A stretch of 32,973 nt of DNA, taken from Candidatus Cloacimonadota bacterium (GTDB lineage Bacteria; Cloacimonadota; Cloacimonadia; Cloacimonadales; WRIO01). This document shows positions 9,196 through 18,100 of this stretch, piece after piece (position 1 is the first letter of the stretch; each line of letters starts with the position of its first letter). The stretch covers positions 1 to 32,973 of the forward strand of contig JAKQQL010000100.1 in assembly GCA_029564175.1 (NCBI GenBank), given 5' to 3'. The notes below the pieces were generated by a model. That model was given only the letters and a program-made list of their open reading frames with translations. It was not told where the DNA came from and searched no databases. A program made the position numbers and the translations under genes.

Positions 9196-9925
9196 AAAAA
9201 ATATTCTTCTGCTTTTAATTTGTCTGATACCTTTTATAATACACAGTCAGGTGAAATACCCAAAACCGGTCTCTTTTGTGAATGATTTTGCCGGTTTAAT
9301 TAGCGATGAAGTCCGCATTCAGCTTGATAATCTCCTAACTGAACTCAAACAGAAATCTGATGTGGAAATTGCTGTAGTAACCGTAAAAGATATGCAGGGA
9401 TTAGACAGGGAAACGTATGCAGTTGAGCTTTTTAAAGAATGGAAGATAGGATCAAAAAATGATGAAGGTATTCTCTTTCTGATTGCTGAGTCTGAAAGAC
9501 AAATAAAGATTGAAGTGGGCTATGGACTTGAAGGCTTGATTAATGATGCCAAAGCAGGTCGTATATTAGACAATTATGCACTCCCTTCACTAAAAGAAAA
9601 TGATTTTAATAATGGTATAAAGAATACGGTTATTGCCTTATGCCAGGTGATTGCTGCAGATAAAAATATACAGTTGACCGGTATGCCTGATGTTCAGCAT
9701 CGGGAAATAAGGAAGCGGTCAGGTTTATCAAATCTGATTTTTATCATCATTTTTATCTTTTTAATGATAGTTACTCGTGGCAAAATTCTCTTGTGGCTTT
9801 TGCTTTTTTCTGGTCACGGTGGTGGTCGTGGAGGCGGATTCGGCGGTGGAGGAGGCGGATTCGGAGGCTTCGGCGGTTTTGGTGGTGGATCATCAGGTGG
9901 TGGTGGTGCCGGCAGAAGTTTTTAA
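9185..9925 (+). CDS. TPM-domain (YgcG-like) membrane protein with Gly-rich C-terminal tail
   Basis: Signal peptide, [30 protein letters not shown] helix, [24 protein letters not shown] tail. Confidence 0.9.
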   Translation: MKFKKNILLLLICLIPFIIHSQVKYPKPVSFVNDFAGLISDEVRIQLDNLLTELKQKSDVEIAVVTVKDMQGLDRETYAVELFKEWKIGSKNDEGILFLIAESERQIKIEVGYGLEGLINDAKAGRILDNYALPSLKENDFNNGIKNTVIALCQVIAADKNIQLTGMPDVQHREIRKRSGLSNLIFIIIFIFLMIVTRGKILLWLLLFSGHGGGRGGGFGGGGGGFGGFGGFGGGSSGGGGAGRSF

Positions 9926-9930
9926 TTCTC

Positions 9931-9978
9931 AACTACAAGCATTCTGCTTGCAGAAAAATAAGGCTACAATTTGTAGTT
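9931..9978. repeat. Second, degenerate copy of the REP-like doublet
   Basis: 9931-9953 aactacaagca-ttc-tgcttgcag matches the 85-108 / 116-139 units; 9964-9977 ctacaatttgtagt is the second unit without its internal arm; outer 8-bp inverted repeat aactacaa/ttgtagtt. Confidence 0.65.
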
Positions 9979-10037
9979 CAAATAGCTACCGGCTTATTTG
10001 CCGTTTCAGTATTTTTAGATAAATATCAGGAGGTAAA

Positions 10038-10637
10038 ATGTTCTTTCTAATAGGCTTACTAAAATTTGTTTTAATTATATTAGCGAACGTGGGACTTGGT
10101 TATCTTTTATGTTCTTTGATTTATGGCTTTTTCTTTTGTGCTAAACCAATATACTTTTTTAATTTTAAGATTCCATTTACTCCCGGACTCCTTTATCGAA
10201 AGAAAAAATGGCTTATTAAAAAATTAACAAAACTCGTTGATGATTATCTGGATTATGCGATAAATGAAAATAAACGTAATAACTATCTTGCTCAGTTTGA
10301 AGATAAACTATTTAAGACCTTTCACAGTTCAATCAAACAGTTTTTTAGTGAAAAGCCACTTCCCAAATTTATTAAGAATAAGTTAGCTGAATGGTCTGAA
10401 AAAATAGCTGTTACATTAGTGAAGAAAATCAGCAGAGAACTGATTCCTTATATTATTATAAGTCTGGGAATTAAAGATAAGATTGATTTATTAAGTGAAA
10501 AACTGGATATCGATCTACTGAAGAAGTACTTTTATGAATATGTTTATAAATATGTCCTCTGGTTTACCTATGCCTTTTTTGGACTAATAGGAATTTATAA
10601 TGCGATTTTATATGCGATATTGAGATTATTTTTATAG
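10038..10637 (+). CDS. DUF445/YheB-like membrane protein (short form)
   Basis: Hydrophobic N- and C-termini, FKIPFTPGLLYRKK motif; RBS AGGAGG. Confidence 0.6.
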   Translation: MFFLIGLLKFVLIILANVGLGYLLCSLIYGFFFCAKPIYFFNFKIPFTPGLLYRKKKWLIKKLTKLVDDYLDYAINENKRNNYLAQFEDKLFKTFHSSIKQFFSEKPLPKFIKNKLAEWSEKIAVTLVKKISRELIPYIIISLGIKDKIDLLSEKLDIDLLKKYFYEYVYKYVLWFTYAFFGLIGIYNAILYAILRLFL

Positions 10638-10652
10638 ATATAAGGAGTAACT

Positions 10653-11300
10653 ATGCCAAAAATCATTGACGCTCAAACTGCTGCTGCTATGATAAAACCG
10701 AATGACCGTATTATGTTTGGTTCTTTCCTGGCTGTCGGCTGTGCTGAAACTATTATTGATGAAATGGTAAAGCTCGGCACAAAAGATTTACACATGATTT
10801 GCATTGCATCAGATTATGAAAATCGTGGAGTAGGAAAACTAATTGCCAATAAGCAAATTAAGTCTGCTCAGGTATCCCATTTAGGAACTAATAAGGCGAT
10901 TCAAGATCAGTATAACAAAGGAGAAATGATCGTTGAAATGATTCCTCAGGGAACACTGATGGAGAGAATCCGTGCGAAAGGTGCTGGGCTTGGCGGGGTG
11001 TTAACTCCAACAGGTCTTGGTACAATTGTTCAAGAAGGAAAAGATATTATTGAAGTGGATGGAAATCCTTATATTCTTGAAAAACCTATTGGAGCTGACT
11101 GGGCAATCCTAAAAGCAGAAAAAGCAGATAAAATGGGAAACCTGGTGTACAATAAAACAGCCAGAAATTCAAATCCGATTATGGCAACTGCGGCTACTAA
11201 AGTGATTGTTGAAGTCAAAGAAATCGTTGAAATTGGTGAAATCAACCCTGAAGATGTCGTTACCCCTGGCATTTTTGTTCACTATATTGTTAAAGTATAA
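10653..11300 (+). CDS. atoD: 3-oxoacid (acetoacetate) CoA-transferase alpha subunit
   Basis: PQGTLMERIRAKGAGLGGVLTPTGLGT, ADKMGNLVY, ARNSNPIMA, VVTPGIFV. Confidence 0.9.
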   Translation: MPKIIDAQTAAAMIKPNDRIMFGSFLAVGCAETIIDEMVKLGTKDLHMICIASDYENRGVGKLIANKQIKSAQVSHLGTNKAIQDQYNKGEMIVEMIPQGTLMERIRAKGAGLGGVLTPTGLGTIVQEGKDIIEVDGNPYILEKPIGADWAILKAEKADKMGNLVYNKTARNSNPIMATAATKVIVEVKEIVEIGEINPEDVVTPGIFVHYIVKV

Positions 11301-11310
11301 GGAGAAAATC

Positions 11311-11982
11311 ATGGATCGTAATGATAAAAATTATAAAAGAGTATTAATCGGTAAACGTATTGCTAAGGAACTCAAAGATGGAGATTGGTGTAATTTAGGA
11401 ATTGGTCTTCCAACAGAAGTGGCAAACCATATCCCAGCTGGTACATCAGTCTTTTTCCAGTCAGAGAATGGGATGATGGGCGTTGGACCTGCTCCGGCTC
11501 AAGGTGAGGAAGATGCTGATTTAATCAATGCCGGTGGTGGTTTTATAACGGCAATTCCAGGTGCATGCTATTTTGATTCATGTACCAGTTTTGGCATTAT
11601 CAGGGGTGGACATCTCGATATGACTGTTCTGGGTGGATTACAGGTAGATGAAAATGGTAATCTGGCAAACTGGATGATTCCTGGTAAAATGGTACCAGGT
11701 ATGGGTGGCGCTATGGATTTGGTAACAGGCTCTAAAAAAGTAGTGGTAGCAATGGAACATTGTGATAAGAATGGTAATTCTAAACTACTTAAACACTGCA
11801 ATCTGCCACTAACTGCAAAAGAAAAAGTGAATCTCATTGTAACAGATATGGCTGTGATCGAGATTAAAGATAAAAAAATGAACTTACTTGAAATAGCTGA
11901 AGGTTTGACAGTTGATGAAGTTGTGAAAGCAACTGAAGCCGAACTTGTCTTACCTCAAGTAGTTAAATTCTTTGGTGTATAA
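11311..11982 (+). CDS. atoA: 3-oxoacid (acetoacetate) CoA-transferase beta subunit
   Basis: Start moved to ATG at 11311 after AAGGAG. NLGIGLPT, catalytic-Glu motif QSENG, IRGGHLD, GNLANW, GMGGAMDL. Confidence 0.92.
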   Translation: MDRNDKNYKRVLIGKRIAKELKDGDWCNLGIGLPTEVANHIPAGTSVFFQSENGMMGVGPAPAQGEEDADLINAGGGFITAIPGACYFDSCTSFGIIRGGHLDMTVLGGLQVDENGNLANWMIPGKMVPGMGGAMDLVTGSKKVVVAMEHCDKNGNSKLLKHCNLPLTAKEKVNLIVTDMAVIEIKDKKMNLLEIAEGLTVDEVVKATEAELVLPQVVKFFGV

Positions 11983-12001
11983 TTTTATTGAATGATAAAA
12001 T

Positions 12002-12027
12002 AAGCGGAGCTTTTAGCTCCGCTTTTT
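12002..12027. terminator. Intrinsic terminator between convergent genes, probably bidirectional
   Basis: aagcggagct-ttt-agctccgctt followed by ttt; A-rich on the 5' side. Confidence 0.85.
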
Positions 12028-12045
12028 GATTTTTGATTGTAATAC

Positions 12046-12363
12046 TTATTTTACCGGTTGAAATCCGATGTTTTTATCGTTTGGTCCCATTGGGTTTTGA
12101 ACTTTTATTTCTCCAAATTGTTTTTCAAAGGCTTCTATATTCTGTTCGAGTAGTTTTAACAGCTGTTTGGCATGCTGGGGAGTAGTAATCACTCGACTGT
12201 AAATTTTTGCATTTGGAATACCCGGTACAATTCTGCCAAAATCAAGAATAAATTCAGAAGGTGAATTTACAACCATAAAGAAGTTGGAATAAATTCCTTC
12301 ACCAACTTGTTGATCTATCTGAACATTGATTTGCTGTTGAGGACCCTGTGGGTTTTGATTCAT
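12046..12363 (-). CDS. DUF3467-family protein
   Basis: EGIYSNF...SPSEFILDF...SRVITTPQHAK.L...L..NI..FEK.FGEI motif. Confidence 0.85.
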   Translation of the reverse strand: MNQNPQGPQQQINVQIDQQVGEGIYSNFFMVVNSPSEFILDFGRIVPGIPNAKIYSRVITTPQHAKQLLKLLEQNIEAFEKQFGEIKVQNPMGPNDKNIGFQPVK

Positions 12364-12382
12364 GATAGTTCCTCTCTCTGTT

Positions 12383-13768
12383 TTAAAGATTTTCTATTGC
12401 TTTTAAGGCTTTTGGAGCAGTCGCTTGTGTAATACCATCGGCAGAAATATATCCTAAGACAGGTTTTCCACTTGGCTGACCATCGACTTCTTTAAAAAGA
12501 TCCACTTTAATGCGAACAGGCTGGCCATCTTTCACTAGAATATCATTACCTTCTGTATCAGTTTCAAAGGGGTTGTTATATAACCATGCAAGACCAATCG
12601 CAGCTGTTCCGTTTTCACTAATTACATTTTTACGAGTAGAACCGATAAATTCGCGTTTTTCCTGAGATACATTTGGAGAAACGATGGAAGAGGTCATGGT
12701 GCCGAGGCGTTTACCATTCAGATAGACAGCTTTGTCAACAGCATTACCTTCAGAGATAATCAAAACCATTTTTTTATTACATTTGTTTTCAATATCTTTA
12801 TCAAGGGCTTCTTTTCCTACAAAAGATGCTTTTGTCATATCGATAGCAGCTCCGAATAATGGTGCATTTGTTGGAGTATGATGACCATCATATTCCTGTC
12901 CCATTAATGGAAGTCCAACATTACCTGCAGATAAGCGATTTTCATCGCGACCACCTAGACCAACCAGTAAACCACCTTTGTCCAAAATATTGAGTATCAT
13001 TTTTTTAAAATATTCTGTTGCTACCTGTACAGGGATGTAAACTTCCCATCCCCAACGGTTTGTATAACCAGTACGGCTGAACATAAACGTTTTCCCCTCA
13101 ATTTCAATTTCATTGAAAGAGAAGAATCCCATCCATTTATCAGGGTTTTTACGGTTTTTAAGTGCCTGATCTCCAAAAATTTCACGAATAACTTTCATAG
13201 AAAGCGGGCCCTGGACATCAATTTTAACAAAATCATCTGATAAATCAGTAACCTTAACATCTTCATTTGCATGTTTGTATTGAAGGATAAAATCTGCATC
13301 GGAAAGGGCATTTACTTCATGACCATGATCCATACCTTTACCGGTCAGATCATGTCCCGCATTAATGACAATGATGAATCTTTCTTCAGATAGTTTCATT
13401 ATAATCAGATCATCACGTACACTTCCATTTTCATTTAATAAAAGGGTATATTTACACTGACCGATGGTCATATTCTCAACATTTGCTGGCAATACTCTGT
13501 GTAAAAGAGCACATGCATCTTTTCCTTCGAATTGAATTTGAGCCATGTGATCTATGTTAAAAAGTGAAACTTTTTCAATTGACTTAGCTTCTTCTAATAC
13601 AGATGTTAAATAATGAACAGCCATATCATACTGCCCAAAATTACTTCTTTGAATAGGTTGATAAGGACGTCCTAACTGGTCAGCCAGATATTTTTGATAC
13701 CATTCTTCAACTTCATGAACAGCAGTTTTTCGGACTTGTTCGGGGAAAGCTTTTCCAACATATGCCAT
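12383..13768 (-). CDS. gcvT: Aminomethyltransferase / glycine cleavage T-protein family, enlarged and divergent
   Basis: KYTLLLNENG..RDD, VINAG, VQGP, SRTGYT, GLGGRD..RL.AG, G.MTS. 461 aa with several insertions; RBS AAGGAG. Confidence 0.75.
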   Translation of the reverse strand: MAYVGKAFPEQVRKTAVHEVEEWYQKYLADQLGRPYQPIQRSNFGQYDMAVHYLTSVLEEAKSIEKVSLFNIDHMAQIQFEGKDACALLHRVLPANVENMTIGQCKYTLLLNENGSVRDDLIIMKLSEERFIIVINAGHDLTGKGMDHGHEVNALSDADFILQYKHANEDVKVTDLSDDFVKIDVQGPLSMKVIREIFGDQALKNRKNPDKWMGFFSFNEIEIEGKTFMFSRTGYTNRWGWEVYIPVQVATEYFKKMILNILDKGGLLVGLGGRDENRLSAGNVGLPLMGQEYDGHHTPTNAPLFGAAIDMTKASFVGKEALDKDIENKCNKKMVLIISEGNAVDKAVYLNGKRLGTMTSSIVSPNVSQEKREFIGSTRKNVISENGTAAIGLAWLYNNPFETDTEGNDILVKDGQPVRIKVDLFKEVDGQPSGKPVLGYISADGITQATAPKALKAIENL

Positions 13769-13939
13769 TTTTTATCTCCTTTGTTGAGTATAATATTTTT
13801 TATATTTAGATAAAAAATAGGGCATGTTTTTGTCAAATGATTTTTATGATTGAAATAATTGTAGCTATGTTTCTTTGATTAATCGCTAAAGAAATCAGGT
13901 TTTTATTGATGCCATCATAACTATAAAAAAGAATTGGAG

Positions 13940-14938
13940 TTAATTGTCTGTAACAAAGTCCATTTCTTCTTTTGTAAAGGAGAAAGTATTTAATCCTGTA
14001 GGATTTAAAACCAGGGCATTTTGTGGTTTTCCTGAACTATCAAGTGATTTTGCATATATTAGTTTTATCTGATAGTTACTATTCAGAATTTGATCTATTT
14101 TTTCTAATGAAAACAAAACTTCTTTGCTTTCATTTTGCGTGATAGTCATCATAGTTGGAAGGCCAATTGTGCTAATAAACTGGTTATCCTGATTATAAAG
14201 ACCAATAGTAAAGTAACCGCTGACTGCCACTTTAAGATTATTTTCGATACTAACATAAAGATCCGCAGGGTTATTGACTTCATATCTGCTATACATAAAT
14301 ACATCAAGGCTATCAGCCGCTAAAATTTTGGCATTTGAATTCATTTTCAATTGGTCTCTGGTTACCCAATTTCCAGAGAAGGCTCTTGCAGCTCTAAATC
14401 CACCCCAATGAGCAAGTGTTCTTTTTTTAAATGCAGGTAAACCAGGATCGTTAACTTCATAAGAAGCTGCTTTATTGTCTTGTCCATTTTTGCCAACAAT
14501 TAACACCCAGTGGCCACGTCCTTTACCTACTTTTGTTATCACTTTGTTGCCCTTTTCCAAATGCTCTGATATAAATTTCCAGTCATTTCTCCGGTTACAC
14601 TGGCCAACTAGTTCAACTCCTTCTCCAACTCCATCAAATTGAGCTACAATTTCCCAACGCATATCTGCATGTGCATACCCATTATTTTTTACTAACCAGG
14701 CATTTAATTCTTCAGGGGTTACATTTGGATTACTTGCTTCAGAATTGAAAAGCATAGATAAACAGGTTAAAACACAACCACTTCTACCAATTGTATTGTA
14801 ACGTGAATATCCTAAGTTTTCATATTTCCATCTTTCATCTACCTGTGAATACCAACTAAATTCTAAATCGTCAATTATCTCAGCAAGCATCGAATATAGC
14901 TGAAATATAATTAACAAAAGCAAAACTTGTTTTTTCAC
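13940..14938 (-). CDS. Secreted papain-like C39-type peptidase domain protein with C-terminal beta-rich domain
   Basis: GTG start after GGAGG; signal peptide; SQ.D.RW...TIG.SGC motif, GHWVLI (His), VNDPG (Asp). Confidence 0.75.
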   Translation of the reverse strand: MKKQVLLLLIIFQLYSMLAEIIDDLEFSWYSQVDERWKYENLGYSRYNTIGRSGCVLTCLSMLFNSEASNPNVTPEELNAWLVKNNGYAHADMRWEIVAQFDGVGEGVELVGQCNRRNDWKFISEHLEKGNKVITKVGKGRGHWVLIVGKNGQDNKAASYEVNDPGLPAFKKRTLAHWGGFRAARAFSGNWVTRDQLKMNSNAKILAADSLDVFMYSRYEVNNPADLYVSIENNLKVAVSGYFTIGLYNQDNQFISTIGLPTMMTITQNESKEVLFSLEKIDQILNSNYQIKLIYAKSLDSSGKPQNALVLNPTGLNTFSFTKEEMDFVTDN

Positions 14939-15133
14939 TAATCCTCCGTTCTTTTTGAATTGTTAACCAATTGAACCCAAACACAAACTGATATTTTAAA
15001 ACTGATGTCAATAAATGAAAATGAAGCATGATTTTGAAAAGAAAAGGTAGGTTCAATAATCAATAAGGTAGGTTTCACTCTATATATTAAACAAAAAAAT
15101 GCTTATAGTCATATTTTGTCAAGGGAAAATGAA

Positions 15134-15155
15134 GACGCTCCCTATTGGGAGCGTC
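15134..15155 (-). terminator. Intrinsic terminator of the 1306-aa gene
   Basis: gacgctccc-tatt-gggagcgtc 10 nt past the stop; minus-strand tail ttcatttt. Confidence 0.75.
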
Positions 15156-15165
15156 AACAATTCTG

Positions 15166-18100
15166 TTATTTTAATAAAGTAATTTTTTTAATGACCTGTT
15201 GTTTTCCATTCACTTTTACTAAAGCAAAATAGATGTTTGAAGCACAATTTTTGCCATTACTATCCTTACCTGTCCACTGGAAGATATGAGATCCTGCTCT
15301 GAGTTTTTCATTTACAAGACTATTTACTTTCTGCCCTTTAATATTGAAAATACTAATTTCAACATTTCCTGAAACAGGCAGGTTGAATGCAATGTTCGTT
15401 ACAGGATTAAATGGATTAGGATAAACACTGACAGAAAATGGTTTTGCTATTTGATCATGATTGGCAACATATTGATTCCCTATCAGAAGATTAGCGTTTA
15501 TCGTACCGATTGACTGAGGTGTAAATGTGAAAGAAGGATTGTTTTCTGTGAGTGTATGCTCTTGATTATCTAATGCGATTCTGACAGAATAACCTGTTGG
15601 TAATCCCTGGAAATCAGTTGATATAGTTACAGGTGAAAGATCATTCAACAGGATCCCTAAAGGCCATTCTTTGACTTCAGGATCAGTCTCATTAAACTCC
15701 GTATGAAGATATTGATTAAGCTTTGAGTAAGAATAATCATTCAGATTTTCATCAACTGGTATATACATTGAGATATTGTCGTTAATTGCTTTTGTTGGAG
15801 GTTCAGGTAATTCTGATAAAAATTCAATTTCATTATTTTTCGATTTGCAAACACCGAAAACAATTTCGTCTCTATCTAGTTGAGAAACAAATATTTTAGA
15901 ACTCCAGAGAATATCATTTTTATCAATTGGCAGACCATTTTGATAATAAGGCACAAAGTTACAACTCATCGTATTTTCGGAAGTATAACTAGCATAAATG
16001 AAGAATGATTCATTAGGATATATCACTTCGGTTGTTTGGTATTGATTATTTCGATAGACATATACAACAGGAGCTATAACTGACTGCTGAACTAATTCAC
16101 CAAAACTGTATGCTACATTATTCAGATTAAATTGTAAATCTTTGATGTGATATGAGGATAAATGAGGATTTCCTAACAGATTCCAGTATGGAACCATTGA
16201 TTGTGTTTGGGCATAAGAAGAAATCCCTTGTGAAAATGAGGTGTTTACTGAATTTTGAATATTCAATGCATAACCTTTATTGTAAATCATTTGGTTCTGA
16301 TTGGAGAATGCGTTATTCTCAAACAGAGAAATCTGTGAGTTAGGGCCAAGATCATTATTATTGATATTATATGCAATGAATGGGTTGGATTGCATAGAAT
16401 AGCCTGCAGGAACCTGATAAGTTATAGTAGAAGGAACAATTCCTATTGTGTATGGTGATTGGCTGATTATGATCTCACCATCAGTACAAACTGTTTTTAC
16501 ATAAACTCTTGCATTGTGCATTGTTATATTGTTTGGAACAGTAAATCCTGCATTGGTTGCTGTATTAGAGAGGTTTTCGGCAACTAAAACACTGTCACTA
16601 TCATTCTTAATATAAACTGAATGGTTTTGAATAAGGAAGTTTAAGGTTTTTGAGAAGTAGAAAGTCGCATTAGCGCCTGCCTGATATATTGTATTCTGAG
16701 AACTGCCAATTGTCACTGTTGGATTGAGATTACCCCAGTAGAGATAGAACTCTTTGTAATTTGCATTAGGAATTGTGAATTGAGCTGGATTAGCAGCAAT
16801 ATTTGTGTAGGTGCTGTTAGACACTTCACGCAGATAGAGTTTTTCAGAATTTCTGTTAAAATTGTCAGATATACTGGCAAAAATTGGCGTATTAAGCTGA
16901 TCTGATTTAACAAGAATTCTCCACGCTTTTACATCTTGATTTAACTCATAATCACCATGTACTTCTTTACTCAGATAGACTCCATTATTTGCCCAGTATT
17001 GCTCATAGAATCCTGCCCAGATATAGGGGCTGGATGCAGCAGTGGATTTTACCACATCAAAATTTGAATCATTGCCATCACTTGCAAAAACATTCTTTGA
17101 GAAAGTGATTGTATTGCTGATTGATTGTGATTGATTACTGAATGTGAGTGAAAACTCTTCCTGTAATTGTGCAGAAGGTGTTTCGTAATGATCAAATTGA
17201 TTGTTATTATTGTTTACAGCAGTGATTTTATATGTGTAGATGGTATTAAAAAAAGCACTCGTATCGTTATAAGTATAAATCATATTGTTTTGAGTAGAAC
17301 CATTTAAATTTGAATTACTAGAATAGTCAGAAAGTAAAGAATATTCTGTATCATCTGTCTTACGATATATTTTAAAACCCTGATTATTATTCTGACTTAC
17401 AGCTCTGAAACGAACAACAATTTTGTCTCCATCTCCATAAGCAGTTACCTGGTCAAGTAATGCTGATCCTGTATAGGCCGATATTTCAGGAGTAAGTAAA
17501 CTTGCATTATCATGATAATCAACAGCTCTTAATTTAAAGTAGTAATTTTGCCCTGGAGTTAATCCGGTTACATTTATCTCATTACATAAGAGACTCGCTA
17601 ACTGAGCATTGTTATTACGGTTAAAAATCTGATAATTATCTTCTGTTATTGGAGATGTTGAATATAGTATTTCGTATGTTTTAAAATCATAAGAATCTGA
17701 AGGTGCCCAACCTAATCTAACAAAGTTTTGACCAGTCCCTTTAACAGTAAAGCTTTCAGGAATCAAAGGCGTTGTATTGTCATTTAACTCAAATACGGTT
17801 GGTAATACAGAACCCATTGCCTCAATCCACTTTGAGTAAAATTGAATACCTCTGTCGTATAGATTTGAGTAGTCAAAGTTCCCTAAGGATACATCATATC
17901 CATAGAACCAGTGATAATTGTTCTGATTTTGAGGATAACAATTAGGTAACTCATCTAACTCAATATGAAAGAAAGGATCATAGACATCCCAGTCAGTTGT
18001 ACCTTGAACGCTATAGTTTTGTTGGATATTTTGAGCGAATCCTGGTAAATCAATATTGTTGTTCACGGTAATCAGTGAGTCATTCAAAGAATATGTAAAA

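Noticed and set aside
9805..9915. Local GC-rich low-complexity patch as foreign DNA
   Set aside because: Explained by the poly-Gly coding sequence.
9777..10050. Trp/Arg-rich 85-aa ORF resembling an antimicrobial peptide, and the overlapping 81-aa ORF
   Set aside because: These are alternative-frame readings of the GGN codons in the TPM Gly-rich tail; no RBS.
13769..13939. Glycine riboswitch upstream of the gcvT-like gene
   Set aside because: The region is very AT-rich with no GGAGA...CCGAAG...CTCTCAGG-type signature.
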